Assembly: GCA_037447605.1 (NCBI GenBank)
Contig: CM074810.1
Location: 1,646,880 to 1,710,879, forward strand
Length of the DNA stretch: 64,000 nt
Source: Zygnema circumcarinatum SAG 698-1b
Taxonomy: Eukaryota > Plantae > Zygnematophyceae
Direction of reading: 5' to 3'
Below are positions 10,922-23,337 of this stretch, piece after piece. How positions within the stretch are numbered: the stretch's first letter is position 1; every line of letters begins with the position of its first letter. The notes below the pieces were generated by a model. That model did not search any database. It was not told the origin of the DNA and saw only the letters and a program-made list of their open reading frames with translations. The translations under genes and the position numbers were made by a program.

Positions 10922-13900
10922 ACATGATCCACAAGCTTGCACATGAGAACAATGTTGTGCCCAACCTGCCGGCCCAGTCCCGCCGGTTGTCGTCGCCCAG
11001 AGCCGCCGTCACTCGTACCAGCGGTCCCTCCGTACGACAGATTTGCCGTCAGTACAGTACTTCAACGGTTAAGAAAGTACGACTTTCGTACGAGAGTTGA
11101 CTGTACGGTAGTCGGCCAACTACAGGCCGACCGACAGCGAATGCCACGTGGCGACCTCTGATATGGTCGAAGTCTGAGCACGCCGCCCCGACACGTGCCA
11201 AGGACAGCACTTACAAAAGGGGGCCAGTCCCGCCTTCCCCGAGTTCCGCCCTTCGACCGCCAGAGGGGAGGGAGGGAGGGAGGGACGGAGGGAGGGAGGG
11301 AGGGACGGAGGGAGGGAGGGAGCGAGGGAGGGAGCGAGGGAGGGAGCGAGGGAGAGGCAGAGAAGGAGAGAGAGATAGAGATGGGGATGAGGGATATATG
11401 GAGAGAGATGGGATGAGATATATAGGAGAGAGACGGGGGGATAGAAAGGGAGAGGGAGAGGGGAAGCGGGGGAGAGGGAGAGTGACAGGGAGGGAGGGAG
11501 AGAGTGGGAGAAGAGGGGTCTGTCATGATGATCCTGGGACTGGAATTCAAAGAGGAGAAATCTTTTCCACAGACACTAAGGGGAGCCGATCTGAAGAAGA
11601 AAAACCAGAAACCAGAAACCGGGAATTGCAGGCCCGGTTGGCAAACCGACTGTACGGAAAGCAGGTGTCTGTACGGACAACAGGGGGGGTTGCGCGTAAG
11701 ACGCCACGTGGCGCTTGGCGGGTGCTGGTAGGGGCCGGCCATGGGCGCGGAGGTCAACCTCGTACTCAAACGGTGGGAGGCTGAGAATGGGAATTGGAGA
11801 GAGAGAGAGAAGGGGGGGGAGAGAGACAGAGGGAGAGAGTGAGGGAGAGAGAGAGGGAGTGAGAGAGGGACCTCCCCTCCCGAGTGGTGGTAGGGGTTGG
11901 TGTGGGGGAAGGGATGGGGGTAGGGTAGGGGTATGGGGTGTGGGGAGGGGGAGAAGGGGAAAAAGGGTAGGGCTTTCAGAATTACGGTAGGGTTAGATTG
12001 AGGGTGAGGTTGCAAGGACCGGAGAGGACGAGGAGGTAAGTAGAAAGGAAGGGGGAGAGTGATGTAGGACCGCTGGGAGGGAGATCAGCGTGTGAGTGGG
12101 AGAAGGGTAAAAGGATCCGTGGAGGGCAAGAAACCAGAGGGAGAGAGAGAGCGAGGGGAAGAGGGAGAGAAATAGAATTGAAAGTACTTTTAGTCCCAGA
12201 GAATTTTCAAATTTCAAGGAAAAAAGGTCTAAAACCGTCACAGTTCTTATTATTATTTTTTAAATTTCATACATATATATTTTAAAATCTAGAATCTTGC
12301 ATGCCATATAGAGATCTGAGTGGGCAACCTGGGGGGCTGCTTGCTGGAGATTCCTCAGACACATAATCGCCCCTGTGATAGTCACCGTATTCCTGGTAAC
12401 GAGTGTGTGGCTCTCCTTGGTGCGCCTCTCCCTCTCTCCCTCTCTCTCCCTCTCTCCCTCTCTCCCTCTCTCCCTCTCTCCCTCTCTCCCTCTTTCCCCC
12501 TCTCCCTCTTTCCCTCTCTCCCTCTCTCGGCCACTCTCCCTCTCTCATCGTCTTTCCCATCGCTCCCTTCCTTTCACTACATTTCTCTTGATCTCCCCTA
12601 TGTCCATTCTTTCTCCCCCGCTCTCCGTCCCTCACTCTCTTTCTCTCTTTTCTCTCTTTTCCCTCTCGTTCCCTCCTCTCCATCTCGTTTTTCTATCTTC
12701 CTCTGACCCTCCCTCCTTTCTCTCGCCTTCTCGCTCTCTTCCTCACTCTCTCCCCCCTCGCTACTCCCCCCTCCCTCTCTCTCTTCCCTCTCTCCTCACC
12801 CCTTTCCTCTGCCCTTCTCTTGCCTTCTCTCACTATCCCTTTCTCCTCTCCGTCCGCTCACTTTCTCTCACCCCCACTTTCTTCCTCTCCCTCGCACTTC
12901 CTCCCCCCCTTTCCCTCGCACTTTCTCCTNNNNNNNNNNACATGATCCACAAGCTTGCACATGAGAACAATGTTGTGCCCAACCTGCCGGCCCAGTCCCG
13001 CCGGTTGTCGTCGCCCAGAGCCGCCGTCACTCGTACCAGCGGTCCCTCCGTACGACAGATTTGCCGTCAGTACAGTACTTCAACGGTTAAGAAAGTACGA
13101 CTTTCGTACGAGAGTTGACTGTACGGTAGTCGGCCAACTACAGGCCGACCGACAGCGAATGCCACGTGGCGACCTCTGATATGGTCGAAGTCTGAGCACG
13201 CCGCCCCGACACGTGCCAAGGACAGCACTTACAAAAGGGGGCCAGTCCCGCCTTCCCCGAGTTCCGCCCTTCGACCGCCAGAGGGGAGGGAGGGAGGGAG
13301 GGACGGAGGGAGGGAGGGAGGGACGGAGGGAGGGAGGGAGCGAGGGAGGGAGCGAGGGAGGGAGCGAGGGAGAGGCAGAGAAGGAGAGAGAGATAGAGAT
13401 GGGGATGAGGGATATATGGAGAGAGATGGGATGAGATATATAGGAGAGAGACGGGGGGATAGAAAGGGAGAGGGAGAGGGGAAGCGGGGGAGAGGGAGAG
13501 TGACAGGGAGGGAGGGAGAGAGTGGGAGAAGAGGGTTGTCACCTATTATTCCCGGAAAAACCCAAATTCAAGAGAAGAATCTTTTCCACAGACACTAAGG
13601 GGAGCCGATCTGAAGAAGAAAAACCAGAAACCAGAAACCGGGAATTGCAGGCCCGGTTGGCAAACCGACTGTACGGAAAGAGGTGTCTGTACGGACAACA
13701 GGGGGGGTTGCGCGTAAGACGCCACGTGGCGCTTGGCGGGTGCTGGTAGGGGCCGGCCATGGGCGCGGAGGTCAACCTCGTACTCAAACGGTGGGAGGCT
13801 GAGAATGGGAATTGGAGAGAGAGAGAGAAGGGGGGGGAGAGAGACAGAGGGAGAGAGTGAGGGAGAGAGAGAGGGAGTGAGAGAGGGACCTCCCCTCCCG

Positions 13901-14947
13901 AGTGGTGGTAGGGGTTGGTGTGGGGGAAGGGATGGGGGTAGGGTAGGGGTATGGGGTGTGGGGAGGGGGAGAAGGGGAAAAAGGGTAGGGCTTTCAGAAT
14001 TACGGTAGGGTTAGATTGAGGGTGAGGTTGCAAGGACCGGAGAGGACGAGGAGGTAAGTAGAAAGGAAGGGGGAGAGTGATGTAGGACCGCTGGGAGGGA
14101 GATCAGCGTGTGAGTGGGAGAAGGGTAAAAGGATCCGTGGAGGGCAAGAAACCAGAGGGAGAGAGAGAGCGAGGGGAAGAGGGAGAGAAATAGAATTGAA
14201 AGTACTTTTAGTCCCAGAGAATTTTCAAATTTCAAGGAAAAAAGGTCTAAAACCGTCACAGTTCTTATTATTATTTTTTAAATTTCATACATATATATTT
14301 TAAAATCTAGAATCTTGCATGCCATATAGAGATCTGAGTGGGCAACCTGGGGGGCTGCTTGCTGGAGATTCCTCAGACACATAATCGCCCCTGTGATAGT
14401 CACCGTATTCCTGGTAACGAGTGTGTGGCTCTCCTTGGTGCGCCTCTCCCTCTCTCCCTCTCTCTCCCTCTCTCCCTCTCTCCCTCTCTCCCTCTCTCCC
14501 TCTCTCCCTCTTTCCCCCTCTCCCTCTTTCCCTCTCTCCCTCTCTCGGCCACTCTCCCTCTCTCATCGTCTTTCCCATCGCTCCCTTCCTTTCACTACAT
14601 TTCTCTTGATCTCCCCTATGTCCATTCTTTCTCCCCCGCTCTCCGTCCCTCACTCTCTTTCTCTCTTTTCTCTCTTTTCCCTCTCGTTCCCTCCTCTCCA
14701 TCTCGTTTTTCTATCTTCCTCTGACCCTCCCTCCTTTCTCTCGCCTTCTCGCTCTCTTCCTCACTCTCTCCCCCCTCGCTACTCCCCCCTCCCTCTCTCT
14801 CTTCCCTCTCTCCTCACCCCTTTCCTCTGCCCTTCTCTTGCCTTCTCTCACTATCCCTTTCTCCTCTCCGTCCGCTCACTTTCTCTCACCCCCACTTTCT
14901 TCCTCTCCCTCGCACTTCCTCCCCCCCTTTCCCTCGCACTTTCTCCT
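10922..14947. repeat. ~2.0-kb direct duplication (10922-12929 and 12940-14947) separated by a 10-N gap
   Basis: The copies are near-identical at an offset of ~2018 bp, with one short divergent patch (~11518-11560 vs ~13536-13578). They abut the N run. Confidence 0.9.
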
Positions 14948-16406
14948 TTTTCTCTCTCCCTCTTCCACTCCCTCTCTCCCCCCACTCTCCCCTCACTCCC
15001 CTCCCTTTTTCTTCCTCCCTCCCTCCCCTCACTCCCCTCGCTTACTCTTCCTCCCTCCCTCCCTCCCTCCCTCCCTCCCTCCCTCCCTCCCTCCCTCCTT
15101 CCCTCCCTCCCAAAACTGCCCTTGCAAACCTCCCTTAGTCCCTTTCTCCGATCTGAGAATTCTGTAGAGGGGGTTTGGGGCTCAGCCGGGTCCGCCGGTG
15201 CTTTTCGAACAAAATTTCGACAAAAATTGCAGCCGGCAGAGCGAGCCCCCCAAGATTTCCCAAAAGATTTCCAAAGGGCCCCACTTTGTAATTAATATGC
15301 AAAGATCGACGGTGGAGATTCCCGACGGAGGGCTCCAAACTGTGCCCATGGAACTGCGTGATTTGGAGCGTTTTGGGTCAAAATTGTTGTTTTTTCCAAC
15401 GGATATACATGGAAACACGCTGCCCCAAACTGACGCTCTGTTCTATGCTCGCCTTAACGGGCCGGCGATCGTACTAGGGAAGCAAAAGTACATGGAAAAT
15501 GGGACAATTATGTTTTATTTTCAGCCCCCTTTACCCGGCAATTATAGGTAAGATATGATTATTTTTTTTTTTTAAGAAAATAAGAAGTTGAAAAGTTAAT
15601 TACTTCCCGCTAGGATTTATGTTTTTATTGTTTACATAATTTAATGCATTTAAATTATGACACCATTTTTTCAGGCTCGAAATTTGGCTTCTCTACGATC
15701 GATATACTGAGCAGCTTAGCGAATGGAATTCTGCAAACGTAAAATCTGAGGTGAGTTCGAACGAGCAAAAAAAGCAAGGTCATGTTTGCGACAAATCTGA
15801 CCTAATTTTTTCTTTCTTTCAAAAAAATTAAAATAAGAATAGAAGTCGACTCCCTTTTGACTCCCTTTTCTGTGCGATATAACTTGCATATCGATGCAGG
15901 CATCGAGATGTATCGAGATATCTCTTGAAGGATGAATTCTTGATTTTTTCAGCCTCACATTTAACCATATTTATGTATTGCTTAATGTACATATTACATT
16001 AATATATATAGTCATTTTCTGATATATATATATATATATATATATTTTTTTTCTATTTTGGTTTTCCAGGATGTGACTCAGTGCTTGACTCAGTGCCACG
16101 ACAAAAACTTTCCAGAATTTGTCGCTTTCTATGAGAGCTGCATGGCTAGCTGCAGAGAGCATTTTGGAGGGCCCCAATTATTGGACCAAAGAAAAATAAT
16201 AAAAAATATTAATGTGGTCGGCAACCGCACATTTTCATTGGTAAGCGTTGAAAGCTCTTTTTTTTTTTGTTTTTGTTTAAATCTGATCTATATATATGTT
16301 TTTTGCACTTTTGGCGTTCGTACCTTTACGAATAAGTACGGATTGGGTAAGACCCTGCCGATCAGCTCTATCAGAAAGGAGATGGTCAGACTGCGTTGCT
16401 AGGTTT

Positions 16407-16444
<38 letters not shown>

Positions 16445-19187
16445 TGCACAGGATGATAGGGAGGGAGGGAGGGGAGGAAGGAAAGGGAGGGAGCGGAGGG
16501 GAGGGAGGGGAGGGGGGGAGTAGGGAGCGGGGAGGGGATNNNNNNNNNNAGGGAGGGAGAGGAGGGAGGGAGAGAGGAAGGGAGAGGAGGTAGGGAGGAA
16601 GGGAGGGAGGGAGGGAGAAAACTCTTCGAGTAAGCACTTGCATGTCCCTCACTCCCCCCTCCTCCTCACAGCCCTTATCCGGAGATGAGAGATGCAGGAT
16701 GCCCCCATATGCGGGTTGGAGGTGGAGTCCGATGAGGGCGGCTTTTGGGTGAACGCGGACAAGGTGTGCCGGCGGCCGCGGAAGGGGGCGAAGGGAGGGC
16801 AGTGGGAGAGGTGGGGGAGGTGCAGGGAGGGCCTTGTGGTGTGCGGGAGAGAGGCGTACGGAGACGCGAGGGAGCACGTGTGCAACAGGTGGGAGCGGGC
16901 TGGGAGCAGTGGGAGGGAGGGAGGGAGGGAGGGAGGGTGGGAGAGAGGGCGAATGTTGGACTATGTTGGATATTTTTGGATTCAAGTAGAGGATAGGATT
17001 GGGGTGTAGGGTGGTTGATGGTTGGTGGTGGAAAGAAGAGAAATTTCGGATATATATATATATATATATATATTGTTCTTTTTGTTTTTTCTGTTTTGTA
17101 TTGAAGTTTTTTCTTCCTGGGGGGGGGGGGGGTGAGGCAGTCCTTTAGTCTGGCGGCCAATCAGATGCCGCCACGTGGTGTGGACCTCGCCGGATCTTCC
17201 GCATGTGAACGCAGAAGCAGCCAAAAATGGCATTCTGAAACTGAAGGAGAAACTGCGGTTCTATGGGGACTCCACAGTTCGCGAGCTCAGCGATCTTTGG
17301 AAAATGTCATTTCCTAATTTTAAAGAAATTCAGGTAAGAATTTTACTCGCAGATGAAATTTTCACCTGCGATGTATGGAGTTCTTGAGACCATTTATGTT
17401 CAATGTTGGTGGGAGGGTTAAATTCTATGTAAATGACAGCTGTAAAATGTTCTCGCCCCCCTCTCCCTCGTTCTACACCTCCCCTCCCTCTCCCCCTACC
17501 CCCTCCCTCCTTCCCCACTCTCCCTCTCTTCCCCCCCTCTCTTCCCTCCCCCTCCCTCTCTCCACCCCTGCCTCTTTTCCCCACCCCCCCTCCCTCTCTT
17601 CCCTCCCCCCTCCCTCTCCTCTCTACCCCCCCTCCCTCTCTCCCCCACCCCCTTCCTCTCTCTCCCATCTCCTCCCTCTTTCCCCCCCTTCCCCCCCCAT
17701 TCTCTCCCTCCCTCTCTTCCCCCCCTTCTCTCCCTNNNNNNNNNNACCCCCCCTCCGACTCTTCTTCACCCCCCCTCCCTCTCTTCCCCCCCGTCCCTCT
17801 CTCCCCCATCTCCCTCCCCCCCCCCCCCACGGCTCCCCTTTTTTCTATTTTCCCTTTTGCAGTATAGTCGATCAGATTCGGTTCTTGCAAAGGGTCCAGA
17901 TCAGATATTATTTTCGGGAAATTGTGGCGGGGCAGCGGGCTCCGCCCTCACAACTATGACGGTGAGAAATTGCAAAAGTGATAAGCAGACATTATTTTTG
18001 GTACAAGATGCGGAAAAAAAGAAAAGCTCCCCCTCACATTGATTGCTGCATGTGAACTCTGTGACAGAAAATTCAAAGTTCAAAATCGAAATCGAAGGCT
18101 GAAATTGATACCTGACATTGAAAAACTTAACTTGAAAAACTGAAAATTTTCCAACTTGGTGTGCAGTTGCGAGACATTGCAACCTCCTGCGAACAAACTC
18201 TCCCGCATTGGCTCGAGCGGGCAGATTGGAAATTATTTATTTGGCGGAGCAGCCCGGCCTCGCACCCGTACTTGGGCCGCAGCCTATCAGCGAGCTTCGG
18301 GGGCTTCCACGGGCAGCGAATGTTCCTCACCAACGGGCAGCTAAAAGACTTCAACACCCTCACAAGGGGGTTGCTCGAGAGGTAGGTCAGATATCCCGAT
18401 ATATCCCGATACATGACGGAGAGGGGGGGAGAGGCAGGGGGGAGGGGGAAACGGAGGGGGGAGGGGAGGGGAGGGGAGGGGAGGGAAGGGGAGGGGAGGG
18501 GAGGGGGAGGAAGGAGGGAGAAGGGGTNNNNNNNNNNGGTGAGGGGGGAAGGGGGAGGGGGAATGGGGAGTGGGAGTGGGGAAGTGGGGGAGTAGGGGAG
18601 GTGAGGAGGAATGGGGGAGGGGGAGGGGATTGGGGGGAAAGGAGGGGGGAGCGGGAGAGGGGGGAGGAGAGAGAGGGAAGGGAGAGCGGGAGAGGGGGGT
18701 TGGTGGAGGGCACAGTGGGGGAGGAAGGAGGGAGGAAGTGGGGGAGGGGGAGAGGGAGAAGAGAGGCGAGGAGGGGAAGGGGCGATGGCGGGAGTGGGCG
18801 GGCGGGCGGGCGGGTGGGAGGAAGGGAAGGAGGGAAAGAGGGAGAGGGCCAAGGAGGGAGGGAGGGAGAAAGGAAAAAGAGGAAATATCTGAAAATAATA
18901 TCCCCCCCCCTCCCCCCCTTGCCCTCTTTCCCCTCTTTCATTTGTGGGTTATTTTTAACAGGAGCAGTTTAACGGATAAGCGATTTTTGTTCTTGGACGA
19001 GTTCGCCATAACGGAGCCCACAAAGGGAATGCAAACGGACGGGCTCCATGTGTTCTACAACACGGAGGCTCAAAACCTCGTGGTTTCATGGACCGTGTTC
19101 AACTGCTTCCTCTCCCTTCTGGTAGAGGCAATGCGGAAACAAATAATTGGCGAGAATTCGCAAAATTTCACGATGTCGACTTCGTAG
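14330..19187 (+). CDS. NXPE/PC-esterase-like (SGNH) putative O-acyltransferase/esterase: type II membrane anchor, Ig-like domain, GDS and DxxH motifs; start codon unresolved
   Basis: Phase-compatible exons: 14330-14437 (RFLRHIIAPVIVTVFLVTSVWLSL, TM), 15168-15547 (...FYARLNGPAIVLG...NGTIMFYFQPPLPGNYR), 15675-15750, ~16070-16240, ~16698-16887, ~17165-17333 (RFYGDSTVREL), ~17863-17961, ~18168-18381 (LFIWRSSP), and ~18961-19187 (TDGLH). Confidence 0.7.
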
Positions 19188-19454
19188 ATTTTTTTTTTCC
19201 TCCAGTCCCCCTTTTTTTTTTTTTCTCCTCCCTCAAAAATCTTGTAGAACCTGTAAATGCATGCGTCTCTTTGTACATTTTTAAGCCCTGAAGGGCACTT
19301 TGATTCCAAAGGTGAGTAGGTCCCTCCTCCATTTGAGAAGTATTGCCATGAATTGGAAATATTCCGATGGCGATTTTAGCACATCTGCGCAAGAATCTGT
19401 GTGCGAAATCCGTGTCAGTTTTTGGATGAAAAACTGAGTTTCCTCTCCAAAACT

Positions 19455-19860
19455 TGCTCTGCCCTCTTTCTACCCTCTCGCTGCCCTCTTTCTGCCCTCT
19501 CTCTGCCCTCTTTCTTCTCTCTCTCTGCCCTTTCTCTGCCCTCTCTCTGCCCTCTCTCTGCCCTCGTTCTGCCCTCTCTCCCTCTTTCTGCCCTCTCTCT
19601 GCCCTTTCTCTGCCCTCTCTCTGCCCTCCCTGTGCCCTCTCTCTGCCCTCTTTCTGCCCTCTCTCTGCCCTCTTTCTGCTCTCTCTCTGCCCTTTCTCTG
19701 CCCTCTCTCTGCCCTCTCTCTGCCCTCGTTCTGCCCTCTCTCCCTCTTTCTGCCCTCACTCTGCCCTTTCTCTGCCCTCTCTCTGCCCTCCCTCTGCCCT
19801 CTCTCTGCCCTCTTTCTGCCCTCTCTCTGCCCTCTTTTTGCCCTCTCTCTGCCCTCTCAG
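19455..19860. repeat. Minisatellite of ~11-bp units (CTCTGCCCTCT) with a ~162-bp higher-order period
   Basis: The marker CCCTCGTTCT occurs at 19561 and 19723. The spurious ORF here repeats every 54 aa. Confidence 0.85.
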
Positions 19861-20347
19861 CTGCTTTCTTCAACTCTATTATGTATACTCCAATTCGGTA
19901 CAAAGTACCATCGCATGGCACTGACTATGGCAACACACTGGACGATGGGTTTTCATACAATGAGCTGAAGCATGCATCCATGTTGCCCATGTCGTCTCTA
20001 GGCTTGTCTCGTAGGGTGTGCCTTTAGCCAAGGCGGCTATGTTGTTTTATAGAAAAGCATGAGCGTCCATGTTGCTGTTGTTGTCTAGGCTCGCCTTTTG
20101 GTGTGTGCCTTGAGCATGCCCATCCATGTTGTCTAAAGACCTTTGTTCATGGGTCTCCGCCGCCTCACAACATGAAAACGCTCATGTTTTTGTTGGGCGC
20201 TAGTTCGACACGATGTTGCACCCCCAAAGGGGTTGTCCAATAAGAGGTCGCCACGTCACTTGATTAGTACACTTGACCGACCCTCATTGGTTGTGCTATA
20301 AAAATGCCACCCTCGCACTAACGACATCATCTAGGCCAAATCATCTA

Positions 20348-20925
20348 GGGCGTGTCAGACTTAAAAAATTCTCGTAATACTAAAAATTCGATATTCGTAA
20401 CATTTCGAGTCAACGTCAGTAAAACTAAAATTCCCGAGCGTAGTTTTTCGCACTCGCGGCGCGGTCCTGTTCGCACTCCGCGATCGCCGTCTTCGCACTT
20501 CTCCAAACGCCGTCTTCGCAACTTCGCCCTCGCGCGGGGCCCTCAGACTTAGAAACAGCGCCGGCGCGGCGCGCGGAGACCGCTTGTCGGTGTGTCGTGT
20601 TGCGCGTCACGGGCGGGCGCGGGCGCGGGCGGGAAGCCGGGAAAACAACCATGACGTCACGTTGACGCGATTTTCGCCAGTATTTTCTTCGCACGTCCAT
20701 TTCGGCGCCTCTTTTGGGTGCGAACAAAATCGCGCGAAGAAGTGCCCTTTTTAGTAAACCCCACGGGTCAATCTTCGCAACGTTGACCCGTTGACTTAGC
20801 ACAGTTGACTTCCGTTCAGTTCGGTTTAAGTTCGGGGGCGCGATGATTTTTAGTACTTAGTAACCTCGATTCTCGTAATACTAATAACTCGATATTCGTA
20901 ACATTTTGTTAAGTCTGACACCCCC
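20348..20925. mobile_element. 578-bp MITE with 17-bp TIRs and TA flanks
   Basis: The left end GGGCGTGTCAGACTTAA and the reverse-complemented right end GGGGGTGTCAGACTTAA differ by 1 mismatch. TA lies at 20346-47 and 20926-27. A subterminal direct repeat TTCTCGTAATACTAA..A.TCGATATTCGTAACATTT is present near both ends. Confidence 0.8.
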
Positions 20926-21208
20926 TAATGTAGGGGTCTAGACCCTAGCTGGACTCTAGACCCTAGCTAGACTTTAGACCCTAGACCATAGCTCTAGACA
21001 CCGCCGTACACCTGAAAGTACCGTCCATAGTCGTGACAATGTCCGGACACGGTGTACTTTTATTGGGGAGAGAATCTCCGTACAGTCACGTCACGCGGCA
21101 CGCTTCTACCCGTTGGAGGTGCCACGTGGCAGATCCACAGAGCCCGGACGTGGATTTCCGTACGCCTATGCTGCCACGTGGCACGCATTGGATGGACAGA
21201 GCCCCCTT

Positions 21209-21265
<57 letters not shown>

Positions 21266-23280
21266 ACAGCGCTTTCCTCTCCCACTCCAATCTGTCGTCT
21301 TGTGACCTCTCTCTCCTACTTGTCTCTCTCTCCTCCCCCACATCTTTCGCCCTCCTCGTCTAATCACCCCACTCCCATCCCATTCTCTCTCTCCATCCCT
21401 CCCTCCCCTCTCCTCGTCTCTCCTCTCCCTCTCCTCTCCTCGTCTCTCCTCTCTCTTCTCCTCCCTCTCTCACTTCTGCATAGATCACACAAATTATCAG
21501 GAGGCTTTGGACTGAATTGAACTGAACTGACCTGGCATAGGATCACAGTTAGGGTTCCTTTTACAGGAACATGCTTTTCTACATTTCGTTCCGTTCCGTT
21601 TTCTGTCGTTCCCTGCTCCAGGAGCTGCCTGAATCCTTTCTGGAGCATTGGGGCGGCCAAGAAGGTTAGCGACCGCCATGGCCGGCGACTGCTAGGATTG
21701 ATGCTTTGGGCCTCGCCGTCAGGTCAAGGATCTGGACGTCTTCCGCAGAGAGTGGAATATTGAAGGCAGGAGGAGTAGCAAAATGCATGTCGGAGGCCGT
21801 CGGGAGGTGCCTGCCTCCCTCCCTCCCTCCCTCCCCTCCCTCCCTCCCTCCCCTCCTTGCCCTCCGTCCCCTCCCTCCCTCCCCCCTCCCCCCTCTCCCT
21901 CGCTCCCTCTCCTCCCCTCCCTCTCCCCCCCTCTCTCCCCCTCGCCCTTTCTCTCCTCCCCTCTCTCCCTACCTCCCTCCTCCCCCGCCCGTCTCTCTCT
22001 ACCTTTCAAAACATTTGAATTGGACCTTTTGAGGCTTTGCACATGCTCCCTCACAAAGATCAGAACAGAAGTTTACAAGCTGAAGGATCGATCTCTCGCC
22101 GCCAGGTGTCACTTCGCGGGGCGAGTGCTCGGGAAGTTTCGAGAGATTCTCTCCTTTCTAAAGTTGCGGAAGAACGAGCCGTCAGGATTCATGCTAAGAA
22201 ATGTGCGGCAGCGGCCACTTTAATTCAGGTGAAGTCGATTGACAGGACCTTGCAACTAGTTTTTGCGATTAGACTTCAATTTTTTGGCAAATCGGGCTTA
22301 GAGAACGACATGGATAGAAGGAGAGCAGAGAGGGGGAAGGGAAGGGAGGGGGGAGAGGAGGGGAGGGAGAGCGAGTCAATGACAGGGAGGGTGAGGAGGG
22401 GAGGGAATGAGTTAGTCAACGGAAGAGTAGGAGAGGGGGTGCGAGTGTGTGAGAGAGAGAGAGGGACAGCAGAAATGAAGCGAGGGAGGGACGTAGGGAG
22501 AGGAGAGGGAGAGGAAAAGACGGACTCTACAATAGTCAAAGGGAAAAATCATGAATACCTGACAAAACACTCCCTGACCCAACCAGTCTCAAAATTCCTC
22601 AAATATCTTCTCTCTTTTTTTTTTTTTTTGAATTTTGTTTTATTTGCAGAGAGTGTGGCGAGGCCGGAAAGTGGCCTCAGAGTTTGCCCACGCTCGGAGA
22701 CAAGAATGGGACAAAAAATGGCTCTTAACTGGAAAACGACAAATTCCGGCGCAAGGCGGAGGGGGGGTTTCAGTGCAGGTTTTGGTGAATTCCATGTTGG
22801 GGCCTCTCATGTTCCTGCTCCGCCAATCAGGGAATGATACGTGGCGCGTGAACATTGGCTGGAGGGACGAGGAGAGGCTCAGATTGGCTCTCAGTTTGCT
22901 GCTCCAAAGCATCGACAATTTGGGTNNNNNNNNNNCCTCGATTCTCGTAATACTAATAACTCGATATTCGTAACATTTTGTTAAGTCTGACACCCCCTAA
23001 TGTAGGGGTCTAGACCCTAGCTGGACTCTAGACCCTAGCTAGACTTTAGACCCTAGACCATAGCTCTAGACACCGCCGTACACCTGAAAGTACCGTCCAT
23101 AGTCGTGACAATGTCCGGACACGGTGTACTTTTATTGGGGAGAGAATCTCCGTACAGTCACGTCACGCGGCACGCTTCTACCCGTTGGAGGTGCCACGTG
23201 GCAGATCCACAGAGCCCGGACGTGGATTTCCGTACGCCTATGCTGCCACGTGGCACGCATTGGATGGACAGAGCCCCCTT

Positions 23281-23337
<57 letters not shown>

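Noticed and set aside
21787-22925. A separate truncated UPL7 paralog
   Set aside because: It is identical to the downstream copy and ends at an N gap, so it is most likely an unmerged contig overlap.
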